A stretch of 64,000 nt of DNA from an uncultured virus (IMG/VR IMGVR_UViG_3300028888_000109) (IMGVR_UViG_3300028888_000109), one strand, 5' to 3'; numbered from the stretch's first letter, positions 9,124 through 19,091 are shown. Made by a program: numbers and translations. The notes: a model not told the origin generated them from the letters alone.

Positions 9124-10923
9124 TTATATTTGCACATTTATAATTTTATAAGGGTAATGGTTATCCTCATAAATTTCAATCTTTCTATTACCTTGTAAAA
9201 ATATTTTATTTGTTAAATATTTGTTATCAAAACAATCTATCATATCAAATAAAGTATATTCTTCTTTAAGATCTGATAATCCTAATCCTCTACCTATAGA
9301 TTGCATATTGATTACATTAGATTTGAATGATTCTAATAATACACCAAAACATAAATTTGAAAGTGTAATACCGGTTGACATTACTCCATAAGAAGCAATT
9401 AATATACAATCATTATTATCTTTAAGTAATTGTTTTATCTCATCTCTTTTCTTAGTGCTAATTGCACCTGTTATAATAACAACATGTCTTTGTGGAAATC
9501 TTTTTGTGACTATATCTGTTAAATAATTCAAATATGTAGTATGATGCCCTAATATCAAAGTATTGTTGGTACATATTGGTAAGATTTTATCACAAAGATA
9601 ATTTATACGGGCTTCCATAAAATGAGTAACATATCTTTCAACAACTAAAGCATTTGAATTTTTAGAATCAGCTATAAATGACTTAAGTTCTTTCAAATAT
9701 GCATTTAGTTTTTCTTCATACATTAAATCCTTTCTATCAATCGGCCCATTGAATATTTTAGCTTTTATTTCTAATAAACCTTGTGGAATTGTTTTAGCAT
9801 ATTTCAATTGGTGAATAGGATTCTCCAATTCTACTCTTTTTGTCTTGCCTGGTTTTTTTGGATCTGGTTCAGTAACAAAATCAGATACGGCATATTCAGC
9901 ACAAGTCATATAACATTCTTTAACAAATAACTTGTCTTTATAATGCATCCTAATTTGATTGATACGAACTTTAGAAATATAACCTTGTTCCATCAATTTA
10001 TAAGGTTTAATAATTTGAATTGTAGCGCCAATCAGTGATTTGAGACAAAAATAATCAATAGTATTTCTTTCTGGAATTGTACCTGTCATACCATAAGCTA
10101 TCTTTACTTCTTTCATAAATGGTTGACTAATAATAGTCTTCATTTGATCAGCTGTAGCTCTATGTGTTTCATCAACAAATACAATATCATATCCATTAAA
10201 GAACTTCGGGTTATATTTTTTGTCTTTTTTATCTAAGAATTTAATAAGAGATTGAAATGTACCAATAGTTAGGTTAGCTGATTCTACTAATTTACCACCA
10301 GACCATATACATTCTGTTTTGAAAAATTCTTTATAGTCATTAAAGTCATTGTAACCTTGTTTTACTAAGTCAATAGAAGGAACAATCATAAGCATACGTT
10401 TAGCACCTAAATATTCAACACAATATCTAAATACCATGTATGCTATAAGTGTTTTACCGGCACGAGTTGCTAATTCGGAAACTGATTGCCTCCAACAAAG
10501 GATTTTATAAGCTGAATCATATTGATAAGGTCTTGGAACTCTTGACATACCCCAACTATCAACAATTGCTTTAAACTCTTCAAATGAATGTTTGATTTTA
10601 CGTTTAAAAAATTGTTGATGATCCATTAATCCATCAAATTCAACTTTATTATCTCTAAAGAAAAGATATATTTCTTGCCAAAGTCCTATAGAACAATAAT
10701 ATATCTTTTGACCTGTAGGTTGAACATAAGAAAATAAAAAATCTTGTGTGAATGGCTCTTTATTTCCATATGAAGCCAAATAACACATTGGATCAACTAA
10801 ATTTAAATAATCTGTTAAATTTATATGATCTTTATTTGAAGCTAACCAAAGGTCATCTTCTTGTGTATCAAACTTCAAAAATAAATATCTTTGATCTTCT
10901 TCTGAAAATATAAAATGTATCAT
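9124..10923 (-). CDS. uvsW: Superfamily 2 DNA helicase (UvsW-like)
   Basis: PRPYQ, ATRAGKT, FVDETHRA, GMTGT, STGI, QSIGRGL. Confidence 0.8.
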   Translation of the reverse strand: MIHFIFSEEDQRYLFLKFDTQEDDLWLASNKDHINLTDYLNLVDPMCYLASYGNKEPFTQDFLFSYVQPTGQKIYYCSIGLWQEIYLFFRDNKVEFDGLMDHQQFFKRKIKHSFEEFKAIVDSWGMSRVPRPYQYDSAYKILCWRQSVSELATRAGKTLIAYMVFRYCVEYLGAKRMLMIVPSIDLVKQGYNDFNDYKEFFKTECIWSGGKLVESANLTIGTFQSLIKFLDKKDKKYNPKFFNGYDIVFVDETHRATADQMKTIISQPFMKEVKIAYGMTGTIPERNTIDYFCLKSLIGATIQIIKPYKLMEQGYISKVRINQIRMHYKDKLFVKECYMTCAEYAVSDFVTEPDPKKPGKTKRVELENPIHQLKYAKTIPQGLLEIKAKIFNGPIDRKDLMYEEKLNAYLKELKSFIADSKNSNALVVERYVTHFMEARINYLCDKILPICTNNTLILGHHTTYLNYLTDIVTKRFPQRHVVIITGAISTKKRDEIKQLLKDNNDCILIASYGVMSTGITLSNLCFGVLLESFKSNVINMQSIGRGLGLSDLKEEYTLFDMIDCFDNKYLTNKIFLQGNRKIEIYEDNHYPYKIINVQI

Positions 10924-10925
10924 AA

Positions 10926-11543
10926 TTAAATTCTACCATTACTCCATAATTTAAACAATCCCCAAGGAGTAAATCTTTCCCAACTATTCTGTATTTCGTC
11001 TAATTTTCGTTCTTCTCTTTTTATTTCTGATTCCCTTATACTTCTTTTAACATTATGTAGTATATTATGATCCATTAAAAAGTTTTGTCTTATCCTTTCT
11101 TCATTTAACCAATGATTATGTTCTTGCTGGTATAAGTTTTGCTCTTCATATAAATGAGCACATAATTTAGAATCGGATTCTATAATAAAATAATCAAAAT
11201 TAACAGTACAAAAAGATTCATCACTATCATAAGAAGTAAGCATTCCTACTTTTAATTCTAATGATTTTTTCTTTCTATATGTATTTTTATTTTCTTTAAC
11301 TAATTCATATAATATATAATTAGCCAAATTTCTTTTACAAAAACATTGTCTACCATCTATAGAATTATATAAAGCATCTTTATAAAACATTTCATTCAAT
11401 TCATATTCATTATTATTATTTTGCCCTATATAAAAATCTATTATACATGTTTGTCCAAATTCGGTACGAATATTTAATTTATCAATTTCAAAATAATGTC
11501 CATTTTTTTCATTCAATAACAAGAATGGTCCTTGAAAATACAT
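10926..11543 (-). CDS. Hypothetical protein
   Basis: 205-aa ORF. Confidence 0.65.
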   Translation of the reverse strand: MYFQGPFLLLNEKNGHYFEIDKLNIRTEFGQTCIIDFYIGQNNNNEYELNEMFYKDALYNSIDGRQCFCKRNLANYILYELVKENKNTYRKKKSLELKVGMLTSYDSDESFCTVNFDYFIIESDSKLCAHLYEEQNLYQQEHNHWLNEERIRQNFLMDHNILHNVKRSIRESEIKREERKLDEIQNSWERFTPWGLFKLWSNGRI

Positions 11544-11576
11544 ACTATTTTAACATATTTTTATATAAAATAGAAA

Positions 11577-11600
11577 AGAGTTGAATTTGTATTCAACTCT
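11577..11600 (-). terminator. Stem-loop terminator
   Basis: AGAGTTGAAT-loop-ATTCAACTCT followed by TTT on the minus strand. Confidence 0.65.
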
Positions 11601-12010
11601 TAAAATAACTCTAATTGAGTATTTTCATATTTATATGTGTATAATTGTTTATGTCCTGGTGAATTATTCCAAACATAAAGTCTTTTAAAATATGCTTTAC
11701 ATAAATCCATTGAATGTTTAGTTCCTTGTGATTTACCATCCCATATTGCAATACAAATATCACAATTTTTTATTATATCTTCATTACGTTTGAATCCAGC
11801 ACTTTTACCATATCTTGCCCAATTAGGTTTAAAAACTATAATTGGTATTCCATATTTATCTGCAAAATCAGCCCCATTACTATCTACTCCTATCGCACCA
11901 CCAGAAACTATTGTCACATCTTTATATGGAAGCTCTAATTGTTTCCATATATCTTCTAATAATTCTAAATCATTAATATTTCTTGATCCAACTATTGCAA
12001 TCCTTTGCAT
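11600..12010 (-). CDS. SLOG-superfamily (YspA/DUF2493/DprA-like) protein
   Basis: IAIVGSR, IVSGGAIGVD, W..YGKSAGFKRN, AIWDGKSQGT. Confidence 0.8.
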   Translation of the reverse strand: MQRIAIVGSRNINDLELLEDIWKQLELPYKDVTIVSGGAIGVDSNGADFADKYGIPIIVFKPNWARYGKSAGFKRNEDIIKNCDICIAIWDGKSQGTKHSMDLCKAYFKRLYVWNNSPGHKQLYTYKYENTQLELF

Positions 12011-12285
12011 TCCTTTAATTCTCTTTCTATTTCATTATAAAACACATCTATAAATTCACCATAAGTGATATCAGACTTAATTAATAATTCATCATTAACT
12101 AATATTTTACATTTTCTTTCTATTTCTGATAACACTTCATACCAATCTAGTGGATCATGTAATAATTCTTTAACCATTATAAGATTTTCACCATTATTAA
12201 CTTTAGAACTAAAAAATGTCTTTTCTAAACCAGATTGTTCTATAATTATATCATCAATTACTTTTTTTAATGTTTCCCTTTTCAT
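11992..12285 (-). CDS. Acyl-carrier-protein-like protein lacking the modified serine
   Basis: LLHDPLDWYEVLSEIERKCKILVNDE...ITYGEFID parallels ACP LGADSLDxVELVMxLEExFxIEIPDE...TVxxxID. Confidence 0.55.
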   Translation of the reverse strand: MKRETLKKVIDDIIIEQSGLEKTFFSSKVNNGENLIMVKELLHDPLDWYEVLSEIERKCKILVNDELLIKSDITYGEFIDVFYNEIERELKECKGLQ

Positions 12286-12889
12286 ATAATTCGATAGCTT
12301 TATTAAAAGATATTTTTTGTTTTAATTTATCTTCTACTCTAACATAACCGGAGTTGTCGTTGTAGAACAATAATGAGTAGATGCATTTCTTTGTTTTAAG
12401 GTTGTATACCAATTTGAAACAATTTCTTGGAATAAGATGATTATTAAGATCATAATCACAACCACCACAAATGATAAGTAAAGAGTCTTGTCGACTAAAT
12501 TTCCTAATTTCCCCTTCATATTTTTTCCAAATTCCTCTATTAAGTTTTATAGTTTGAGGTATACAATTTATATAGTAAAATGTTGATTTCAATTTTTGTT
12601 TATTATTAGCAAAATCTTCAGCAGGAACTAAATGACCTCTATCATATCCAGATCTTATATAATTAAAATGTGGTAAATTGTTAAATGATTTGAATTGTAA
12701 ATTAGTTCTCGATTCATTTCCACCACCTTGATATAACTTATAAATTACAAATGAAGAAGTTTGTATAGAAGAAGCATAATAACATTTATAATATTGCATG
12801 TCAATTATTTTATCATATTTCTCTATATTTTGAGAAAAACATAATATACAAACAAAAAATAATATTATAGTTATTATTTTCTTTCCCAT
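12254..12889 (-). CDS. DNA/RNA non-specific endonuclease (NucA/EndA-like) with signal peptide
   Basis: GYDRGHLVPA, TFYYINCIPQ, LNRGIWKKYE; N-terminal KK + hydrophobic core + FSQ. Confidence 0.9.
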   Translation of the reverse strand: MGKKIITIILFFVCILCFSQNIEKYDKIIDMQYYKCYYASSIQTSSFVIYKLYQGGGNESRTNLQFKSFNNLPHFNYIRSGYDRGHLVPAEDFANNKQKLKSTFYYINCIPQTIKLNRGIWKKYEGEIRKFSRQDSLLIICGGCDYDLNNHLIPRNCFKLVYNLKTKKCIYSLLFYNDNSGYVRVEDKLKQKISFNKAIELYEKGNIKKSN

Positions 12890-13770
12890 AATTTTTTTAA
12901 TACTTGATTTTTTAAATATGTTTTAATTTGTTTCTTTTCATCTACTGATAAATTTATATTATTAGTAGGATTTTTAATTATTTTGTCATAACAACATATA
13001 ATCTTGTTGACAGATTGTATCTTATAAAAATATTTTTCTTTAGGTCCAGTAGCTCTACCTCTAAATATTTTTTCAACATATTCATCAAACGATTTATAAA
13101 AATAATGTACTAATGTCACAGCACCAGGATCTATAATTCTCTCAGAACCGTGGATAACTGATGTTTGAACATTAATAATTTGGTAATTATCTCCTAATTT
13201 AATAATTGGTTTATATAATTCTTTATAAATTGGATAATGTAAAGATACTCTTTCAATATTATTTGAATATCTAAATATTGATTTTACCCCTGTAGAATAA
13301 GCACCATTATGAATTTTATGAACAGTTTTAGTATAAAGTTCTTTATATGGAAGATTTACTTTATGATATAATGGAAAATTTTCAGAAATTCTATATTCCC
13401 ATTTAACAAAAATATTATCAGTATCTTTAAATTCTTTTTGATTTAAGAATTCTTCAATATTTGAAAACTTATTTTTCAAATCTAAAAATTCATCACAATC
13501 AAAAACACAATACCAATCATAATTATCTTTTTCTTGAAAATAAATGTTAGTATAAAATTTATGTTGAATATCTTCTATACCTTGATAATTGTAATATTGT
13601 ACTTTACCACTATCAATATATGGTTTTAATACTTTATATTGAACATTATTACCTACATCATTATTATCTCCAAAAAAGATTGTAGTTATTCCTAAATCTA
13701 TATAATGATCTATAAATTCTAATAAATGTTCTTCTTCATTTTTTCCTACACATAATAATGCTATTTTCAT
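12874..13770 (-). CDS. Glycosyltransferase, GT-A fold (paralog of 5692-6588)
   Basis: ALLCVGKNE, GDNND, WYCVFDCDEF, HYFYKSFDEY. Confidence 0.75.
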   Translation of the reverse strand: MKIALLCVGKNEEEHLLEFIDHYIDLGITTIFFGDNNDVGNNVQYKVLKPYIDSGKVQYYNYQGIEDIQHKFYTNIYFQEKDNYDWYCVFDCDEFLDLKNKFSNIEEFLNQKEFKDTDNIFVKWEYRISENFPLYHKVNLPYKELYTKTVHKIHNGAYSTGVKSIFRYSNNIERVSLHYPIYKELYKPIIKLGDNYQIINVQTSVIHGSERIIDPGAVTLVHYFYKSFDEYVEKIFRGRATGPKEKYFYKIQSVNKIICCYDKIIKNPTNNINLSVDEKKQIKTYLKNQVLKKLWERK

Positions 13771-13985
13771 ATATGTAAATTTCTATAACCTAAATCCATC
13801 AATTCGAAATTATAACGAAATATTTTACGCGTAGGACACATGTGATTGTAATCATAATATTCCATATACATTGGGCAGTAACCAGTATCTTTATGCCTCC
13901 ACATACAATTATAACACATAGGAAGCTCTCTATTAAGTCCTATGTCGGATTTAGGTTTTAATATTATTTTTTTCTTTTTTGCCAT
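13767..13985 (-). CDS. Small Cys-rich protein
   Basis: CYNC...C...C pattern. Confidence 0.55.
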   Translation of the reverse strand: MAKKKKIILKPKSDIGLNRELPMCYNCMWRHKDTGYCPMYMEYYDYNHMCPTRKIFRYNFELMDLGYRNLHI

Positions 13986-13997
13986 TTTTTAAAAATA

Positions 13998-14027
13998 AAA
14001 ATGCATAAACAAATGTTTATGCATTTT
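13998..14027 (-). terminator. Stem-loop terminator
   Basis: AAAATGCATAAAC-AAAT-GTTTATGCATTTT. Confidence 0.7.
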
Positions 14028-14046
14028 CATCAAAAATAATAAATCT

Positions 14047-14568
14047 TTAAGCTTTTTCTGTATCTTCTACTTTACCAATTGGTGTATTCTTTTGAATTTT
14101 ATCAATCAAAACATTATGTTTTGAAGCTACATCATAAACTTTTTCAGTAGTCTTTACATAAGCTTCACGAATTGGTTCAAAATACTTATTGATAGCAACT
14201 ACAGCTGCCCATTCATCATAACCACTAAATGTAGCTTCTCCTAAAGCACGAAGAGTTCCATCAAGCATTGGGTAGGTAACCTTACCAGGATTTTTCTTTT
14301 CATCCCAAAAATCATACATTGATACCATTCCAAGAGTAAATTGCCATTGAACTGTTTTCTTATCAAGAATTGTATGAATAGCTTTAGCTACAACAGCATA
14401 ATTTTCTTTAGGTAAATCAAATTCAGTTTCACTTACTTCTTTATCAATTCCTTCTGCCTCTTTAATTACTTCTTGTTCAAGCGCTTGTAATTCTTCTAAT
14501 GTTTTTCCTTCAAGTGAAGCTTCAAATTCTTTTAATTGTTTTTGCTTTTCTTGTGGATCTATTACCAT
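14047..14568 (-). CDS. Hypothetical protein
   Basis: 173-aa ORF with codon usage like the highly expressed genes. Confidence 0.75.
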   Translation of the reverse strand: MVIDPQEKQKQLKEFEASLEGKTLEELQALEQEVIKEAEGIDKEVSETEFDLPKENYAVVAKAIHTILDKKTVQWQFTLGMVSMYDFWDEKKNPGKVTYPMLDGTLRALGEATFSGYDEWAAVVAINKYFEPIREAYVKTTEKVYDVASKHNVLIDKIQKNTPIGKVEDTEKA

Positions 14569-14601
14569 AATAAATTAAAAATATATTTTTAACTTTGTCC
14601 A

Positions 14602-15123
14602 TTAAAGAACAAATATAAATAAACATAGAACTATTAATGCATAAAATACAATATGTCCTAAAACTTTTTTCCAATATTTAGCAAATAATTTTCTTGAAAC
14701 AATATCAAAAATCAATAAATAATTATCTGCATTTGCAGGACCAACATGCTTAAATTCTAAATCAATATAATCATAAAGTTTTTCGATTTTAAATAATTCA
14801 GCAATCAACATTAATTGTTTATGGGCCCAATATTGTACTTGGTCATTATTATTTGTATTTTCACCATCTAATACAATAACCATGTTATTTATATTGATTT
14901 TTCCATTTATATCTATTAAAGGATTAATAACTCCATATAATCTTCCTAACCAATCTGAATCTACATCTATATTCAAATATTTCTTCAAGACTTTTTTAAA
15001 AGCATCTGAATAAAAAGTATCACTAACATAATGATAGTCTTTTATATATCGATATGTGTAATAAATTGCTTGGGATAATTTATATGTTAATGTTTGTTCA
15101 AATATTTTCTTGAATATGTTCAT
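14602..15123 (-). CDS. Hypothetical protein with C-terminal TM helix
   Basis: C-terminal IVFYALIVLCLFIFVL. Confidence 0.7.
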   Translation of the reverse strand: MNIFKKIFEQTLTYKLSQAIYYTYRYIKDYHYVSDTFYSDAFKKVLKKYLNIDVDSDWLGRLYGVINPLIDINGKININNMVIVLDGENTNNNDQVQYWAHKQLMLIAELFKIEKLYDYIDLEFKHVGPANADNYLLIFDIVSRKLFAKYWKKVLGHIVFYALIVLCLFIFVL

Positions 15124-15187
15124 AGAAAAAATTAAATATTATTTTTAATAAATGCTTAAATATTTTTTAAAAAATAGTTCATTAAAA

Positions 15188-15215
15188 TTGAATTTTTTCA
15201 ATTATATACTATATT
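15188..15215 (+). promoter_or_regulatory. Conserved phage promoter TTGAAT-N16-TATATT
   Basis: Same hexamers and 16-nt spacing as five other intergenic sites. Confidence 0.65.
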
Positions 15216-15278
15216 TTTATTGAATAATATATAAAAAATAGAAGGCATAGATAATAAATATTAAAAAATTAAATTTGT

Positions 15279-16436
15279 ATGAAAAAAATTACATCTATTT
15301 TAGAATCAAAGGCAAAAAAGATTGATGTGAAGGATAGTGTGTGTTTTCTTAAGAAAGCAGATCTTGAGAAATATCTTGACGTAGCTAAGAATTGTTTGTC
15401 TGTTGAATCTAAAGCTATTATTGATTATTTGATTAAGAACAATGATTCTTATATGTCTTTGTCAGAAGATGATGAGAATCCTATTGTTGGATTCTATAAT
15501 GCTGGTTTAGCAAATGCTTCAGATAAAGATCTTTGGAAGCTCATTGATGCCGTTGTAAAGAGTGGTCGTATTCTTGAAATTCCTACTCTTCAAAATGAAA
15601 AAGAATTTAAAGATATAATCAATGGTAATTTACCTGCTGATTATGTTATTCTCCAACTTAATACAGAAAAGGGACGTAATGCTGTTCCTAAGCAATATGA
15701 TAATCTTATTTATAAAATCATCGGTCAATGGCAAGGTAAGTCTACCTTTGGACAAGATGATTTGAAGAGTATGGCTTATGAAGGTATTGTCTATGCTATG
15801 CAAACTTATGGAAAACGTTCTAAGAAAACTAAAGGTGAAGATGTAACAAAACTTACTTTTGGCCAATATGCTGCTTGGTGTATTCGTAACACTATTCTTG
15901 AAAATATCAAGCAACTTTCACATGTAGTTCGTATTCCAATTTCACAACAACAAAAAGAAAAGGAATCTACTGGTAAGAACACTAAATCAAATGCTGTATC
16001 AGGTGACAAAGTAGTTGGTCATGGTGAAGATGGAAGCAAGACATTATTTGACTTCATGGGAATGACTGATGATACTGGTCGTGGAGTAGATGATGCAGAT
16101 GTTCGTAAGCTTTGGGATGAAATCTACAAACTTCTTGATGATGAGTTTGATAAGAAGACTATGGATATTTTCTATGCTTTCAATGGTCTTCGTGATTATG
16201 AAGGTAAACCAGTTCCTAATAAAGAGCTTGCACAAAAATATGGTTGCAAACCATCACAAATCACTTACTATTGCTATCGTGTAAAAGACTTTATGGCAAA
16301 AGATAAGCGTGTTAAAGATCGCCTTATTGAAGTACGTGAATTGATGAATGAATGTCAAGCTGAACGTGATAGAGATGACAATAATGGTCCTATTTATGTT
16401 CATGTAACTGAGAAAAATACATTAGACGAAGATTAA
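15279..16436 (+). CDS. Sigma-70-family RNA polymerase sigma factor with capsid-targeting-like leader
   Basis: Region 2 (DDLKSMAYEGIVYA; TFGQYAAWCIRNTILE...VVRIP) and region 4 HTH (NKELAQKYGCKPSQITYY). N-terminus MKKITSILE-S. Confidence 0.8.
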   Translation: MKKITSILESKAKKIDVKDSVCFLKKADLEKYLDVAKNCLSVESKAIIDYLIKNNDSYMSLSEDDENPIVGFYNAGLANASDKDLWKLIDAVVKSGRILEIPTLQNEKEFKDIINGNLPADYVILQLNTEKGRNAVPKQYDNLIYKIIGQWQGKSTFGQDDLKSMAYEGIVYAMQTYGKRSKKTKGEDVTKLTFGQYAAWCIRNTILENIKQLSHVVRIPISQQQKEKESTGKNTKSNAVSGDKVVGHGEDGSKTLFDFMGMTDDTGRGVDDADVRKLWDEIYKLLDDEFDKKTMDIFYAFNGLRDYEGKPVPNKELAQKYGCKPSQITYYCYRVKDFMAKDKRVKDRLIEVRELMNECQAERDRDDNNGPIYVHVTEKNTLDED

Positions 16437-16957
16437 TGAAAAGATTAAGAAACTATATAGTTGAGTCGGTAGAGAACTACCGACTTAACTCCGTTATAGC
16501 AACATATAATGTTCAACCAGAAGAAATAATACTTCAAGCTCCAGAAACTTTCCAAGAATCAGATATTCAACAATATATTGATGATATGTGGTTGAATGCA
16601 CTTCCATCAGGACAAGATTATTCAGAAAAATTCTTTGGCAAAAACTTTGAAAACATTAATGATGTACATTTTGAATATGATACATTTGAACATATTGATG
16701 TAGAACCAAAAGACTATATAGAATGGAATTCTAAATATGATGTCAAGAAAACTAAAGATGATGTCAAATTAGATTATTTCAAAATTAAAAATCTTAAATA
16801 CATTATTGAATTTGATAGATTTGATATGGTTGGAGTAACTGATGATAATGTTGAAGAACAACTTATTAAGATTTTCAAAGCCACTGAATCAAATGATGAA
16901 AATGAATATCCTATTGAAATTGTATTTGATGAAAAAAATATAGAATATAGAAAATGA
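16436..16957 (+). CDS. Leader-array protein (putative internal virion protein), acidic
   Basis: Leader MKRLRNYIVE-S. Confidence 0.65.
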   Translation: MKRLRNYIVESVENYRLNSVIATYNVQPEEIILQAPETFQESDIQQYIDDMWLNALPSGQDYSEKFFGKNFENINDVHFEYDTFEHIDVEPKDYIEWNSKYDVKKTKDDVKLDYFKIKNLKYIIEFDRFDMVGVTDDNVEEQLIKIFKATESNDENEYPIEIVFDEKNIEYRK

Positions 16958-17334
16958 AAGATATAGTAACATACATTACCGAATCTAATGCAAATCATAC
17001 AATATTCAATGCTTGTATGGAATTAGATAATAATGAAGATATTTATAAAACCCACTATTGGCCATTGGTCCAAAATCTTGTAAAGAAACATAAATCTGGT
17101 GATTTTAATATTGAAAAACTTGAAAAATCTCAAGTTGTATCTAAATTAGCTACTGCCACATTAAAATCTGCCAAAGCTGGAAATTTATCTAGAGAAGATA
17201 GAAAACGTCTTTATAAGTTTATCGTTGGTAATCTTCTTAAGTCGATAAGTAATGAAGGTGAAGATTTAACAAAAGAAGAAGAGGATTATATGATTGAATG
17301 GGATTATAATAACTCTGATAAATGTGGATGGTAA
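16954..17334 (+). CDS. Leader-array protein
   Basis: Leader MKDIVTYITE-S. Confidence 0.7.
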   Translation: MKDIVTYITESNANHTIFNACMELDNNEDIYKTHYWPLVQNLVKKHKSGDFNIEKLEKSQVVSKLATATLKSAKAGNLSREDRKRLYKFIVGNLLKSISNEGEDLTKEEEDYMIEWDYNNSDKCGW

Positions 17335-17351
17335 AAATATAAGTATAATAT

Positions 17352-17705
17352 ATGAAAGATATAAAGAATTATATTCTTGAAGCAAAAGGTATTCATTCTA
17401 AATGGAAAGATGTTGCTAAGAAACTTTCTAAAGAAGATAAAGAATGGATTAAGAAATATGCAATTGATGAAAAGAATAATCAAATCTACTCTATGGAAGA
17501 GCTTGAGCAACGTATGTGGAAAGGAGATTTGAAAGATGAATGGGATTTAATGAATAATTATCTTATTGATCATATTCTTACAAGACAAAATGGTATAACA
17601 CAAAGAGATGTAATAAATGAATATAGTCTTGCAAAATCAGGCAAGCAATCTATGATCGAAGTTCTTGCTCAAACTATTTATATGATAAATATGCAATTAG
17701 ATTGA
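17352..17705 (+). CDS. Leader-array protein
   Basis: Leader MKDIKNYILE-A. Confidence 0.7.
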   Translation: MKDIKNYILEAKGIHSKWKDVAKKLSKEDKEWIKKYAIDEKNNQIYSMEELEQRMWKGDLKDEWDLMNNYLIDHILTRQNGITQRDVINEYSLAKSGKQSMIEVLAQTIYMINMQLD

Positions 17706-17709
17706 TAAT

Positions 17710-17997
17710 ATGAAAGATATAGTATCTAAAATCAATGAAGTTAATAAAGATGGATGGATGGGTTCTGCTTTTTCTAACCATGTAAAATTTTCAAATAATG
17801 ATTATCTTAAATGGAAGAAAGAAATAAAAAATAATAAAAGCATAGTATTTGGAGAACTTAATGGTCATCCTGAACTTGAATTGATTTATTATCTTCCATT
17901 TGATAATAAGAAAATAGAGCATATAGGTACATATAATTCTAAAAAAGAAGAATTATTTACTGATGACACAAAAACATTTGGAAATTTTATAAAATGA
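17710..17997 (+). CDS. Leader-array protein
   Basis: Leader MKDIVSKINE-V. Confidence 0.7.
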   Translation: MKDIVSKINEVNKDGWMGSAFSNHVKFSNNDYLKWKKEIKNNKSIVFGELNGHPELELIYYLPFDNKKIEHIGTYNSKKEELFTDDTKTFGNFIK

Positions 17998-18212
17998 AAG
18001 ATATAACAAATTTTATTAATGAAGGGCAATACTCTGAATGGTGGTCAGTAAAATGTAAATCAGAACATCCTACAAAACACCAAACATTTAAGCCAGGTGA
18101 AGAATATGAAGCATCAAAGATTAATGATAACTGGTGGTTAATTGATACAGTTGGAGTTAGTAAAGAAGATTTTAGTAAATGCTTCGATAAAATTAAAAAA
18201 TTGGAAAAATAA
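17994..18212 (+). CDS. Leader-array protein
   Basis: Leader MKDITNFINE-G. Confidence 0.7.
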   Translation: MKDITNFINEGQYSEWWSVKCKSEHPTKHQTFKPGEEYEASKINDNWWLIDTVGVSKEDFSKCFDKIKKLEK

Positions 18213-18709
18213 TGAAAAATATTGATAATTTTATATTAGAAAGATTCCAAAGTAATGGAACAAATAAAGATGCATTTTTCTTGCATGCCGGTGGAACTAG
18301 ACAATCTGAAGAATTTAAATTTAATGTTGGTGAAAAGGCATTATTGATGGGATATGATACTGATGGTTATCGTATTCAAATTCGTGGTATTGTTGAAATA
18401 GCTAAAGTTCTTAAAAATAGTGTTAAAATTAAAGCAGAAGATGATGATTCTACAGAATTTTATAATAGTTTAAAATTTGATAAGACAGGTATTGCTATGG
18501 TAAAGACAAATAGTAAATATCGTGGCAAATCAACAAAATATTATGTACTTTATAATAAAGAACTTATTAACGCCCCTAAAGATGGTAAAGATATTCAAGA
18601 AATATTAGATAAGGGTAATAGTTCTTGGGGATTCCATTTATCTAGTAATGATGAATGGAAGAAAAAAGACATCAAAAATCTTAAAGAATATCTTAAGGAA
18701 TTAAAATAA
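18212..18709 (+). CDS. Leader-array protein
   Basis: Leader MKNIDNFILE-R. Confidence 0.7.
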   Translation: MKNIDNFILERFQSNGTNKDAFFLHAGGTRQSEEFKFNVGEKALLMGYDTDGYRIQIRGIVEIAKVLKNSVKIKAEDDDSTEFYNSLKFDKTGIAMVKTNSKYRGKSTKYYVLYNKELINAPKDGKDIQEILDKGNSSWGFHLSSNDEWKKKDIKNLKEYLKELK

Positions 18710-18721
18710 AACAAATAATAT

Positions 18722-19075
18722 ATGAAAGATATTACAAAATTTATAAATGAATCAGCCGGTGTAAGAGTTGTAATGCCACCATTTGAATATGCCGTAGTTC
18801 TTCAATCATTAAGAGCATATGCAGAAAATGATGCTTCACAAAAAGAGCAAGCTGATTCTGCTATTGAATTTTTAGAAGATTTTAAAAATATCAAATGGGT
18901 AGGTAGAAGGAAAATTGACCAAGAGTTTAGACTATTATCTGATAAAGTATCTGTAATTTCTCAAGCATTAGAAGCTTATATGGATGATGAAGATCGTAAA
19001 AAGAATCAGAAGAATGGTAGACCAACTGATGACCAATTGAATCAAGTCATAAAGTGGTTTAATGGTTTTTGTTAA
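18722..19075 (+). CDS. Leader-array protein
   Basis: Leader MKDITKFINE-S. Confidence 0.7.
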   Translation: MKDITKFINESAGVRVVMPPFEYAVVLQSLRAYAENDASQKEQADSAIEFLEDFKNIKWVGRRKIDQEFRLLSDKVSVISQALEAYMDDEDRKKNQKNGRPTDDQLNQVIKWFNGFC

Positions 19076-19091
19076 ATAAACAAATTTAAAA

